NCBI GenBank assembly: GCA_964636085.1
Contig: CAZWPQ010000003.1
Location: forward strand, 3,015 to 67,014
From: an uncultured Nitrososphaerota archaeon
Lineage (GTDB): Archaea > Asgardarchaeota > Njordarchaeia > Njordarchaeales > Panguiarchaeaceae
Length of the DNA stretch: 64,000 nt
Direction of reading: 5' to 3'
Shown here one piece after another: positions 38,482-48,271 of the stretch (position 1 is the first letter of the stretch; every line of letters starts with the position of its first letter). Under the pieces are notes generated by a model. It did no database searches and was not told the origin of the DNA. It saw only the letters and a list, made by a program, of their open reading frames with translations. A program made the translations under genes and the position numbers.

Positions 38482-39147
38482 TTAAGGTAGCTTGGATACA
38501 ATTTGTCTAGTGAGATTCTCCGGCAACCATCTTAATATCATCGCTCGCTCGTCAGGACCCACACTTTTCAATTTTTCCACAAATTCATTACTTGTGAAAA
38601 AGTCCTGATGTCGTCTAATAAGGCTGTCTCTCACCGACGATGGTGCCAAGGATAAAAATTCCGCCAATGTATCAATAGATGCTTCTAACATTTTCTTGGT
38701 GAAGTCAGGCCGCATCATTATTTCCTTGTATTGATTAAGTACGGTTTCCCTTGTCGCTGGCACAACATTATATAGCATTCTAACTATTTCGTCCAGACCA
38801 AATGAGGCAAGTCTCTTCACGATTGTCGGTCTGAAATTAATCGATATGATTTTTCTCTTGTTTTTTGTGATACCCTCATATAATCTCCCAATGTCGCTAG
38901 GAGTGGCCTCCTGGATCTTCTTATTCAATAGATCCTTGTACTTAGCTACGAATTCTTCAAAAGTATCTTCGGGGAACTCGATTATTAGCTCTACAATGGA
39001 GCCAAATGTTTCCTTTTCAAGCACATTTCTAAATTCCTCTTTGAATACCTCTTCCATAATCTCTTTCATAACTCTTTGATACTCCTTGGTCGGGGCAGAC
39101 CTTACCTTTTCCAGCATCTCCGCTATTTTTGACATTATCATCACCAT
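38482..39147 (-). CDS. hypothetical alpha-helical protein
   Basis: 221-aa ORF, first gene of a three-gene minus-strand unit. No motif recognised. Confidence 0.55.
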   Translation of the reverse strand: MVMIMSKIAEMLEKVRSAPTKEYQRVMKEIMEEVFKEEFRNVLEKETFGSIVELIIEFPEDTFEEFVAKYKDLLNKKIQEATPSDIGRLYEGITKNKRKIISINFRPTIVKRLASFGLDEIVRMLYNVVPATRETVLNQYKEIMMRPDFTKKMLEASIDTLAEFLSLAPSSVRDSLIRRHQDFFTSNEFVEKLKSVGPDERAMILRWLPENLTRQIVSKLP

Positions 39148-39240
39148 GTGCCTTAATTGAAAAAATAAATCATATATTAAATATGGAACCGTTTAACCAA
39201 GCAAGAATCCCTAGCTTTTTGCAAGCAAAGGGGGCTAGGA

Positions 39241-41052
39241 ATGAATGCGTATACTGGGAAAATCCTACTAGTAAATTTGGGCAAAAAGGAGTATCAGGTA
39301 TTAAAGATAAAGCAGGGTTTGTATAGATCCCTGATCGGTGGAAAGGGCCTAGGTGCATATATCCTTCACAGATATGTTCCTCGGAATTTGGATCCTCTAG
39401 CTCCCCAAAATATATTGGCTCTATGCTCGGGTCCTATTAATGGTACCCGCATGCCGTTAGCCTCGAAGCTAGGGTTTTTCTTCAAATCTCCAATGACAAA
39501 TGGCTATGGAGAGTCCTATGTTGGTGGCTCAATTCCAAGATATCCGAAGTGGGTTGGCTATGATGCGGTAATCTTTACTGGAAAATCCCCTGATCCAACC
39601 TACATTGTTATAAGTGAGGATGACGTAATGTTCATGAATGCCGATCATCTCTGGGGAAAAACAACAATAGAGACTGATGATATTCTCAGAAAAGAATATG
39701 GTAACGCGATATCAGTCGCATGCATAGGACCAGCAGGAGAGAACAAGGTAAGGTTTGCATGTATTTGTGTAGACAAATGGAGACAAGCTGGCAGGTGTGG
39801 TGGCGGCGCTGTTATGGGGGCGAAAAATTTGAAGGCTATTGTATTTATGGGCGGCAAGATGTGCGAACCATCACTATCAGAGAAATTTAACGAATTAATA
39901 GTGGAACTTAGAGACAGATTGGCGAAGAGTAAGGGAGTTAAACGTATGAGAGAATATGGAACCCCGTCCATGGCAGCCCTTGCAAACGAGATGGGGTTCT
40001 TCCCAACGCGATACTGGAAAGATGGTTCGCTAGAGCGATGGGAAGATATAGGCCCAGAAAGAATCAAATCTATTTTGATCCATCCCAAGTCATGTTGGAA
40101 TTGTCCGATTGCATGCGGTAGGTACGTATCCATACAAACAAAATGGGGTAAAATAGAGATGGATGGTCCAGAGTATGAGACAATATATGCAATAGGAGGC
40201 TTATTCTGCATTAATAATCTCGATGATTTGGTATACTTAAATTACTTGGCTGACGCCTACGGGCTCGATACAATCTCGCTTGGGAACACATTAGGGCTAG
40301 CGACGGAGGCATATAAAATGCACAAAATTGATTTTAGTATCAAATATGGAGACACCGAGTCAGCAGCTGAGCTGATAAAATTAATAGCTTATAGGAGGGG
40401 TGTTGGTAATATTTTTGCAGAAGGCACGATGCGTGCATCAAGGATGCTAGGAATGGAGGATATAGCCATTCATGTCAAAGGTCTCGAGCCTGCTGGGTAT
40501 GATCCAAGGATCTTGTGGGGCATGAGTATTGCGTATTCAACGTCGCCCAGAGGAGCGTGTCATTTGCGGACAATGGCGTATATTATTGACATTCGAAGAA
40601 TATCGGGAGATCCTTCGATGCTAAGCGAGGAAAAAGTATTAACTATTGTGGATTATGAGTTATGGATGACGTCGTTTGATTGTCTAATCATGTGTAAATT
40701 TGGTAGGGATGTTCTAGATATCGACTTTATGCTGGACATATTTAACGCCGCAACTGGTTTTAATATGAGCAAATCCGAATACATAAGTAGTCTTAGGAGC
40801 GTAATAAAACTAACAAGATATTTTAATCAACGGGAAGGAATAGATAGAAAAAGCGAGGTATTACCACAGAGATTTTTCAAGGAACCAATTCGCAAGAATA
40901 ATGAGGAATATTTGCTAGACAAATCGGCATATGAAAGAGCACTGGCTAAGTACTATGAACTTCTAGGTCTGGATCATGACGGAAGGATAAATAGAGAGGA
41001 TGAGAGGAAGCTTAAAGAGCTGTTGGGTGAAAAGCTGATAATTGATGGCTAG
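39241..41052 (+). CDS. aor: tungsten-containing aldehyde:ferredoxin oxidoreductase family protein
   Basis: 603 aa with N-terminal GKILLVNL...GGKGLGAY, the [4Fe-4S] Cys cluster SCWNCPIACGR and GLEPAGYDPR. Confidence 0.9.
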   Translation: MNAYTGKILLVNLGKKEYQVLKIKQGLYRSLIGGKGLGAYILHRYVPRNLDPLAPQNILALCSGPINGTRMPLASKLGFFFKSPMTNGYGESYVGGSIPRYPKWVGYDAVIFTGKSPDPTYIVISEDDVMFMNADHLWGKTTIETDDILRKEYGNAISVACIGPAGENKVRFACICVDKWRQAGRCGGGAVMGAKNLKAIVFMGGKMCEPSLSEKFNELIVELRDRLAKSKGVKRMREYGTPSMAALANEMGFFPTRYWKDGSLERWEDIGPERIKSILIHPKSCWNCPIACGRYVSIQTKWGKIEMDGPEYETIYAIGGLFCINNLDDLVYLNYLADAYGLDTISLGNTLGLATEAYKMHKIDFSIKYGDTESAAELIKLIAYRRGVGNIFAEGTMRASRMLGMEDIAIHVKGLEPAGYDPRILWGMSIAYSTSPRGACHLRTMAYIIDIRRISGDPSMLSEEKVLTIVDYELWMTSFDCLIMCKFGRDVLDIDFMLDIFNAATGFNMSKSEYISSLRSVIKLTRYFNQREGIDRKSEVLPQRFFKEPIRKNNEEYLLDKSAYERALAKYYELLGLDHDGRINREDERKLKELLGEKLIIDG

Positions 41053-41800
41053 GATATTGTCCATATCTGACATCCATGAAAATGTTGGTGTGATTAAAGA
41101 GATCATAAATACTGTAAGTTTTGATGCATTGTTCCTATGTGGTGACATCGTAGAATTGAGATCTATCGAGTTTCGTGATCTAATACTTGGAATAGAAAGA
41201 AAAATGCTTATCATCGGGGGCAATCATGATTGCATACAATGCTATAGGAGAATAGCATCCAAGAGAGATAACATAGTATTTATGTACAGGGGGACTGTGG
41301 AGATGGAGATAGATAATGAATTGTTTACTGTGCTATGCTTAAGTGGGATATACTCTAGAAGAAAAAGAGATATGTTCCATTACACTGACAGGGATATCCT
41401 TAAAGTTCTAAGAAAGGTGATCCAGGATTGTTGCGACATGGATATCATAGTCACACATACTCCTCCCTATAGGATGGCTGATTATTTACCCAAGGGGGGA
41501 CGTGGGGGGCTAAAACAACTACTGGTTTTTAGGGATGCATTGAAACCCAAATATTGGATCAGTGGCCATACCCATGTCTTAGCATGTGAAAGAGTGGATG
41601 GAACAATCGCTATAAACTGTGGATTGGGCTACATTGGGGATTTATGCCTTATAGATACAAAAAGGGAGAATATTATGCTTGGTAGACTAGTTAGTAAGGA
41701 GATCAGCATAGAAGAGGATCCTGTCTGGGATTTCCTACGACATATAAGGAGTACCGACAGCTATATGCGGGTGTTGGCAGAGTCTTCCAAAATGCTTTAA
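41045..41800 (+). CDS. calcineurin-like metallophosphoesterase
   Basis: ISDIHEN, CGDIVE, GGNHD, VTHTPP and SGHTH motifs. Overlaps the AOR stop. Confidence 0.8.
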   Translation: MARILSISDIHENVGVIKEIINTVSFDALFLCGDIVELRSIEFRDLILGIERKMLIIGGNHDCIQCYRRIASKRDNIVFMYRGTVEMEIDNELFTVLCLSGIYSRRKRDMFHYTDRDILKVLRKVIQDCCDMDIIVTHTPPYRMADYLPKGGRGGLKQLLVFRDALKPKYWISGHTHVLACERVDGTIAINCGLGYIGDLCLIDTKRENIMLGRLVSKEISIEEDPVWDFLRHIRSTDSYMRVLAESSKML

Positions 41801-41807
41801 TAATAGT

Positions 41808-42122
41808 CTATATGTCCTGAGATAGGAATACCTCCATGAGCGTTTTTCTCATATAATAAGCAACTCTTGCTCCCTCTTCCCTAAGGGAACATGCACACGA
41901 ACCACAAGATGGGCATATGTACCAACCACATTTTGTACAGATACTACTTGTTTTTATTCTGAATTTCTTTCCACACGAGAAACAATAAACATTGGGGTCG
42001 ATGAAGAATTTCAATGCATTTGTAACGATTCGAGATAATGTGACTCCCTTTTCTGCTGCTAATTTCTTAGATAAATTGATTATGTTCTCATCGATACTCA
42101 GAGTAAGTTTTCTTTTAGTCAT
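41808..42122 (-). CDS. ribbon-helix-helix (CopG-like) protein fused to Cys-rich zinc ribbons
   Basis: N-terminus KLTLSIDENIINLSKKLAAEKGVTLSRIVTNALKFF is RHH-like. C-terminus is CFSCG...CTKCGWYICPSCGSCAC. Confidence 0.6.
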   Translation of the reverse strand: MTKRKLTLSIDENIINLSKKLAAEKGVTLSRIVTNALKFFIDPNVYCFSCGKKFRIKTSSICTKCGWYICPSCGSCACSLREEGARVAYYMRKTLMEVFLSQDI

Positions 42123-42201
42123 ATTAATAACCCCTTAATAATCTATTATTTTCAATATGTTTACAGATAATTACGTATTAATACGTATAGGTGCATACAG
42201 G

Positions 42202-42720
42202 ATGACTGATCACTACAAGGTATCAAATCTATTGGTCAGATCCGCAATAATAGCGGCGGGTTATGCAGCGGTGACAATTTTGATTGCCCCTATAGCATAT
42301 GGCCCCGTACAATTTCGAATTAGTGATGTGTTGATGCCTATTCCATATGTACCATATTTTGGTCTTGCTGGTGTTATAGGTATAACTACTGGAACGTTAA
42401 TTGCGAATGTTATATCGCCATATGGCCTGTGGGATATCGTATTGGGCACTATGGCTAATTTCTTGAGTGGTTTGGGGTCTATGGGTGCTAGAAAAATTCC
42501 CAATCGAGGAATGGGCCGTATAGTAGCCGTCATAATACCGGTACTTGTTGTGACATTCCTAATAGGATTTGTGTTGTTAGGCTTAATCTTTAAGGTACCA
42601 ATGCTTCTGGCGATTGCTGGTGTTTTTATTGGGGAGGCTTTCACTGCGGGGGTAGGTGGTTATATTCTAATAACGAAGCTTGATAGTATATTGGAGGAAA
42701 GTAGAGAAGCATGGATCTGA
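42202..42720 (+). CDS. queT: QueT-family ECF transporter S component (queuosine/preQ precursor)
   Basis: Membrane protein containing YGPVQFRISDVL, typical of QueT. Followed directly by the ECF A and T genes. Confidence 0.7.
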   Translation: MTDHYKVSNLLVRSAIIAAGYAAVTILIAPIAYGPVQFRISDVLMPIPYVPYFGLAGVIGITTGTLIANVISPYGLWDIVLGTMANFLSGLGSMGARKIPNRGMGRIVAVIIPVLVVTFLIGFVLLGLIFKVPMLLAIAGVFIGEAFTAGVGGYILITKLDSILEESREAWI

Positions 42721-43433
42721 ATATAATTGCTAGAAATATCCACATACGCATAAATGGTAGGGAAATAATAAGAAACATATCCATATTTTTCAGAGGCCCA
42801 GGTATCTTCTTCATCATAGGTAAGAATGGCAGTGGAAAGTCAACATTGCTACGTGCTTTGGCGGGCCTAATACCATTTGAGGGGGAAATCAAAATAAATG
42901 GTAAGCCTATAGGAGAGTATAGTAGAAAACAGTTAGCACGCATTATTGGCTATGTATGGCAGAACCCACTGTATGGTTTTTTCGAAGAAAATGTTAAGAG
43001 GGAGATATGCTTTATCCTTAAAAATCTTCGCCTTCCGTTAGAGAATATGGATCGAATTGTGGATATGTTTAAGATCAAGAATCTACTAGAGAGGTCTCCC
43101 TTCTTTTTGAGTGGGGGGGAGGCTAAGAGGGTATCGATAAGTAGTGTTATTGTGGCCGACCAACCCATCATACTTTTCGATGAGCCAGAGTCAGAAATGG
43201 ACATGGCAGGACTAGTTTCGATACTGAATTATATTAGGGAAAACTCAAGCGAAAAACTGATGATCATTGCTACGCATAATCCATTGCTCGCGGTAAAACT
43301 TAAGGATGTACTTAAGGAAATATACTATATTAAGGACGGACAAATCGTAAGGAAAGGTGGTTCAGAAACATTAAATGATTATGAGTTCTTGGCCAGCATC
43401 AGTGTTGTTCCTCCCAGTTGGTGGTTTGATTGA
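42711..43433 (+). CDS. ecfA: ECF/ABC transporter ATP-binding protein
   Basis: Walker A GKNGSGKST, signature LSGGEAKRV and Walker B ILFDEPES. Confidence 0.9.
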   Translation: MDLNIIARNIHIRINGREIIRNISIFFRGPGIFFIIGKNGSGKSTLLRALAGLIPFEGEIKINGKPIGEYSRKQLARIIGYVWQNPLYGFFEENVKREICFILKNLRLPLENMDRIVDMFKIKNLLERSPFFLSGGEAKRVSISSVIVADQPIILFDEPESEMDMAGLVSILNYIRENSSEKLMIIATHNPLLAVKLKDVLKEIYYIKDGQIVRKGGSETLNDYEFLASISVVPPSWWFD

Positions 43434-44053
43434 CTCTGCTTAAGTTTATTGAATATCAGAGAAGGGGATGCATCCTTAATAGGTTGCCCCTAGTGGTCAA
43501 ACTAATGCTGTTAATATATGTGCTATTATCAGTTATAATCCCTGTAGACAACACTTATATATTTTGGTCACTAGGTTTGATCCTAATTGCGGAGACAATA
43601 ATGATGCTTGTGTGTTTTAGGGATCCATTCTATCTGGCGGAGATATATATGGCGTATGGCCTACTATTCATATTTGCTTATTTAAGCGTTTTGTTTTGTG
43701 CTATCGAGATGTCAGATCTTCTATATAGACTATTATATGTATACACGGTGGCGTTCACTACAATATTTGTTTTCTCGACCACGAAAGTGGAGCAGATAGA
43801 GGCATTCCTTAGGAAAATAGGTACCCCTGAAAAAATACTCAACTTCCTCACCCTAGCTTGGAATCTGATACCATCCACATATAGTGAGCTTCAGTTAGTG
43901 AGAATGGCACAAGCCGCTAGAGGAGTAGAAATAGGTGGGCATCCTCTCAGGAGAATCAAACAGAGCATAGTGGTGCTTATTCCATTTCTATTATTGCTTC
44001 TTCTAAGATCAAGACTACTAGAGATATCCCTACGTGCACGAGGGGTGGAGTAA
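43430..44053 (+). CDS. ecfT: ECF transporter transmembrane (T, CbiQ-like) component
   Basis: Polytopic protein with the conserved A-x-x-A-R-G region (MAQAARGVE) and a second ARG (SLRARGVE). TTGA overlap with the ATPase gene. Confidence 0.75.
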   Translation: MTLLKFIEYQRRGCILNRLPLVVKLMLLIYVLLSVIIPVDNTYIFWSLGLILIAETIMMLVCFRDPFYLAEIYMAYGLLFIFAYLSVLFCAIEMSDLLYRLLYVYTVAFTTIFVFSTTKVEQIEAFLRKIGTPEKILNFLTLAWNLIPSTYSELQLVRMAQAARGVEIGGHPLRRIKQSIVVLIPFLLLLLLRSRLLEISLRARGVE

Positions 44054-44060
44054 AGATTTT

Positions 44061-44798
44061 TTATATCTCAGGGCGAAATTCTGCATTCATATCTGAGAAA
44101 AAGGCTTTTATATCGATCCTACCGAATAAGTTTGCGAGAAAATATAGGATTACCGCATATGCAAGGATTGTGGCCTCTAGGAGATATATGCCGAAATGGA
44201 GGACATAGTATATTACGGCCATTATATCGACCAAGAAATGATAAAGAATTGCGAAGTATAGCCATTTTTTGTCATGTTGTGCAAAAATTATGAATATGGT
44301 AAGGCCTACATGCAGTGACGTTGTAACAAGTCTCTCAAAAGCCCCTAAGAGCCCCAGAATCATAAGTTCCCGTAGCGTTGGAATTTCTTCAAGCCATGGG
44401 ATATCAATGTTGAACTTAATAATTATAAGGAGCCCTACCAAGCTCAGACAAAATGTCATAAAGGCCTCCATGAGTCCCCAGCCAAGCCCGAGGCTGATGA
44501 CCTTACCATTCGTTATGGGGAGCTTGATGTATCTCTTAGAAAAGTAATATCTGAATACTTCCTCAAATACTCCTGCAGATATGGCGGACACAATGCCTGC
44601 CACCACAATACCGAAGGATAATACTGCAAATACAAGCAAGGGAAATCTAGCAACCATAGCTAAGAACCAGCCAATTGCACCCATCATGAAGGGATCAACA
44701 TACTTGGACTCAAGCCTTGTTTTGTATACAAAATAAATAAACCAAGGAAGCAATGCGATTATTATTAGGATGGGAACAATAACAAAGTATGCACACAT
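44061..44798 (-). CDS. polytopic membrane protein, YhfC/CPBP-like putative intramembrane metalloprotease
   Basis: GVFEEVFRYY (the EExxR motif of CPBP/YhfC-type proteases) plus later His-containing helices. Start is probably MCAYF at 44798; the track start 44846 overlaps the upstream gene. Confidence 0.5.
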   Translation of the reverse strand: MCAYFVIVPILIIIALLPWFIYFVYKTRLESKYVDPFMMGAIGWFLAMVARFPLLVFAVLSFGIVVAGIVSAISAGVFEEVFRYYFSKRYIKLPITNGKVISLGLGWGLMEAFMTFCLSLVGLLIIIKFNIDIPWLEEIPTLRELMILGLLGAFERLVTTSLHVGLTIFIIFAQHDKKWLYFAILYHFLVDIMAVIYYVLHFGIYLLEATILAYAVILYFLANLFGRIDIKAFFSDMNAEFRPEI

Positions 44799-44808
44799 AG
44801 TGTGGCCC

Positions 44809-45570
44809 TTACTCAAATATTTTGTAGCCACCCCGATCAATAACAATCTTAACTCCCACGTGGCCTCTCCAGTATAGGTTGGGGTATTTCATTTCTAAGA
44901 TCTCTCTCACTCTCTCCCCAGAGCAATGAATTGGCATCAGGAACTTTGGATCAAATCTGATAAGTCTATTCAATATCGACAATATCTCTCTTGGGTTATA
45001 TCCACCAAGATGCCAGCCCCCAATAATGCCCCCCACACTGATGCCAGTTATTTCGTAAATTCTTTCTACAATTTCAGCGATACCTGGATGACTACAGCCA
45101 ACAAGAATTAACAAGCCAAAGTTTTCTATGTTTAAAACCAATGCCTGTTCAGGTATTCCATGATCAATAATTCCAGAGAGTCCAACACCAGGATAAATCC
45201 ACTCGAAATTGGGAGCGATTTTGTATTTAAGACCCATTCGCTCAATAAAGTTTCTGTAATAGCTATTACAAGGCATATATACGTCTAGCTCTTGCCCTAT
45301 TTTTGACAAGTGTGATATTCCGCCTAAGTGATCTCCATGCGTGTGTGATATTACGCATGCTTTCAATTTACCCAAGTCTATCCTAAGCATATTTAAATTT
45401 TTGGCCAATAATTGAGGATCGGGCCCCGTGTCAAATAAAATTCCAATATTACTCAAATCCACATATATGGAGAGGCCCCAGCCAGTCCCTATTTTTTTGG
45501 ATGGATGCGGATAATTATCCACCACTATTGTGATTTCTGCCTGAGGGATTTGATACATTTTAATTACCAT
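44809..45570 (-). CDS. metallo-beta-lactamase-fold protein (COG1237-type)
   Basis: ITIVVDN...GWGLSIYVD...ILFDTGPD...ISHTHGDHLGG carries the HxHxDH motif. Confidence 0.8.
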   Translation of the reverse strand: MVIKMYQIPQAEITIVVDNYPHPSKKIGTGWGLSIYVDLSNIGILFDTGPDPQLLAKNLNMLRIDLGKLKACVISHTHGDHLGGISHLSKIGQELDVYMPCNSYYRNFIERMGLKYKIAPNFEWIYPGVGLSGIIDHGIPEQALVLNIENFGLLILVGCSHPGIAEIVERIYEITGISVGGIIGGWHLGGYNPREILSILNRLIRFDPKFLMPIHCSGERVREILEMKYPNLYWRGHVGVKIVIDRGGYKIFE

Positions 45571-45844
45571 ATTGGCTATTATTTTGCTAAAATGTAGTTA
45601 AAAAATATACAAGAACATATTTTTTTGTCCGAGATATCCAATCTAGCGATACTCAGTGCTGGCGCCAGTCATCATTCTTCAGTATGATCTTTTTCATCAT
45701 TTCTAAGACATTGTGATTTATGGGGGGTAGATGATCGGAATTTGGTTCGGATTAAGAGTTCAGTTAGCTATTCATGTATTAAATGTATATTTGTCTTTTT
45801 TATCTGTTAAAATATATTTACATATCGCATATATGGTGTTGCAA

Positions 45845-46921
45845 ATGTCTGATGATAAGCTTAAATCACTTCTAGAACAGATTGATATCCTTGCCATGAA
45901 TTTAGATAGTTTTGCTGCTGTAATAAGTGGGCTCATCGAGTCGATAAGGGAAAGTGGTATCCCCGAGGAGACTATTTCTAGGTTCGAAAACCTTTCCAAT
46001 GCCTTGACAGAACAGAAAAAAGATCTCAGAGAGCTGGGGGAGAAACTGTCAGGTTTATTCGATCAGATCTCCAAGGAGCTTGAGGAGAAAAAAACCCAGA
46101 CAGAACAACTACAAGCGAAGTTGGCAGATAGCGAAAAAGAAGTAAATGAGTTAAAGTCGAAAGTTGATCAGCTAGAGAATGAGCTAAATAAGGCTAAGTC
46201 TGAGATTGATGAGAAGGCTTCAAAGATTCAGGAGCTTGAAAAAAGCATTGAGGAGTATAAGGCGAGAATACGTGGTCTCGAGGAGGAGATAAGCAAGGCA
46301 CGGTCTCAGATAGAAAGTAAGGATCTTGAAATAACTAAGCTAAAGTCAGAGCTAAATGATGCAAAGAAGAGAATTGGAGAGCTTGAGGGAAGCGTATCCG
46401 AGAAAGAATCTAGGATATCAGATCTTAAGTCGAAAGTCCAAAGCTTGGAGGAGGAAATTCGAAAACTCAAAGCTGATTATGAGGCAAAGATATCCGACCT
46501 AAACAAGAGTATTGAAGAAAGAAACATCGAAATTAGTAATCTAAAGAACAAGATAACATCGCTCGAAAACACCGTAAATGAGAAGGAGAAGCAGTTATCC
46601 GAGGCCAAGGAGATAATAGTCAGATATGAGAAAGAAGTTGCTGCCGTTGAGTTCGCTAGGGCACTCATCGCCACACATCCAGATGCACATATACTAAGAG
46701 CATTGCCAGTCATGTTGAGCATAGGGGTTGAGTCAGAGGGATTCGTTTGTGCTGATCAAACAAAATTTATGGCCCAAACAAAGAAAACATTCCATGCTAT
46801 TGGCCCTTTACTCAGCAGGGTGTTTAAGCCCGAGTGGTATAAGTTTATACATGGCATACCCCCACGACTTTGTGTTAGAAAAGACATACTGGAGTCCATA
46901 AGGATCATATTTGAGGGATAG
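45845..46921 (+). CDS. long coiled-coil protein with globular C-terminal domain
   Basis: About 270 residues of uninterrupted heptad-type E/K/L/S sequence (KVDQLENELNKAKSEIDEKASKIQELEKSIEEYKARIRGLEEEISKA...), then a non-coiled tail of about 90 aa. TATA-like AAAATATATTTA lies about 25-30 nt upstream of ATG 45845. Alternative starts at 45833 and 45731. Confidence 0.7.
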   Translation: MSDDKLKSLLEQIDILAMNLDSFAAVISGLIESIRESGIPEETISRFENLSNALTEQKKDLRELGEKLSGLFDQISKELEEKKTQTEQLQAKLADSEKEVNELKSKVDQLENELNKAKSEIDEKASKIQELEKSIEEYKARIRGLEEEISKARSQIESKDLEITKLKSELNDAKKRIGELEGSVSEKESRISDLKSKVQSLEEEIRKLKADYEAKISDLNKSIEERNIEISNLKNKITSLENTVNEKEKQLSEAKEIIVRYEKEVAAVEFARALIATHPDAHILRALPVMLSIGVESEGFVCADQTKFMAQTKKTFHAIGPLLSRVFKPEWYKFIHGIPPRLCVRKDILESIRIIFEG

Positions 46922-46993
46922 GAGGAGTGGATTTTAGGGATTAAAAATATTTTTATGTTTTTATTCAAACAAGATCAAGAATGAATTGTGTAT

Positions 46994-48271
46994 TCACACT
47001 AGCGATTTTCTTCTCGCGAGCCGGGGGAACGGAACTGCATCCCTAACATGATCGAGTTTTAACATCCACATAATTGTTCGCTCTATACCTAGTCCAAATC
47101 CGGAATGTGGGACAGATCCATACCTGCGTAGATCTAGGTACCAGTAATAACTAGATGGATCAAATCCCTCCCTTTTTATTCTATCCATTAAAATGTCGAT
47201 TTTTTCTTCTCTTTGCCCACCTGTGGTTATTTCCCCATACCCCTCCGGAGCCATTAGATCCGCAGAGTAACATATTCTCTCATCCGAATCGTCAACCTTT
47301 ACATAAAATGCTTTAATTGCCGTCGGGTAGTGTGTAACGAAAAATGGTGAATCGAATTCATTGCTCAAGATTTTTTCCTCATCTGCCCCAAGATCATCTC
47401 CCCAATCTATATCCACGCCTTTTTTCTGAAGGAGTTCTATAGCTTCGGTATATGTTATGCGAGGAAATGGTGTTTTTAAATTCTCTAGCGTATTCATATC
47501 TCCTCTAAAGCTTTTGATCCACTCATAGAATATTTCATTGTCAAGGATTTTTCGGATTGCATAAGCAAGTGATTCTTCCTCAGCAATCATAATAGCATTG
47601 AAATCATAGAGTGCAGCTTCGGCCTCAAAATGCCAGAATTCTGCTAGGTGTCTACGTGTCCTAGATTTCTCCGCCCTAAAGCTAGGTGTGAGACTAAAAA
47701 CCTTTCCAAGGGAATAAATTAGTACTTCAAGATACAATTGCGCGGATTGAGAAAGATATCCTTCTTGGCCAAAGTACTCTAGGGAGAAGAGAGTGGCTCC
47801 TCCCTCGCAAGCAGTAAATGAAAGTGTGGGCGGGTAAACTTCTATCCATCCATCATTCTTAAACCATTCTCTAAGATAATCCACCAAGGCTTCACGTATC
47901 AGCCAGATTTTCTGATATCTAGGGGACCTAACAACAAGATGTCTCATATCCAATAGGAAGTCAGGTGAATGTTCCTTCTTAGCTAGTGGGTATGGGGATT
48001 CGGCAACAGATTTATCTACCAGCTCAAGTACGTGTAATTCGAAGCCTCCTGGTGCTCTAGGATTTTTTACGATTTCTCCTCTAACTCTTACAAAGCTCTC
48101 TTGTGTTAACTTTTTAAGCTCGTTAAATATAGTCTTGCCAACCTTTGATATGTCAACAACCAATTGAAGAATATTACCCAGATACCTTCTATCGCTTATA
48201 CATCTTAGATCGATGAATATTTTTTTACCAAAAACTCTCTTCTTGTAAACCCATCCATAAACCTCTATCAT
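46994..48271 (-). CDS. asnS: asparagine--tRNA ligase (class IIb)
   Basis: Motif 2 FRAEKSRTRRHLAEFWHFEAE has the EFW..E.E form seen in AsnRS rather than AspRS. Motif 3 is GFGLGIERTIMW, and the protein ends with PFPR. Confidence 0.8.
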   Translation of the reverse strand: MIEVYGWVYKKRVFGKKIFIDLRCISDRRYLGNILQLVVDISKVGKTIFNELKKLTQESFVRVRGEIVKNPRAPGGFELHVLELVDKSVAESPYPLAKKEHSPDFLLDMRHLVVRSPRYQKIWLIREALVDYLREWFKNDGWIEVYPPTLSFTACEGGATLFSLEYFGQEGYLSQSAQLYLEVLIYSLGKVFSLTPSFRAEKSRTRRHLAEFWHFEAEAALYDFNAIMIAEEESLAYAIRKILDNEIFYEWIKSFRGDMNTLENLKTPFPRITYTEAIELLQKKGVDIDWGDDLGADEEKILSNEFDSPFFVTHYPTAIKAFYVKVDDSDERICYSADLMAPEGYGEITTGGQREEKIDILMDRIKREGFDPSSYYWYLDLRRYGSVPHSGFGLGIERTIMWMLKLDHVRDAVPFPRLARRKSLV

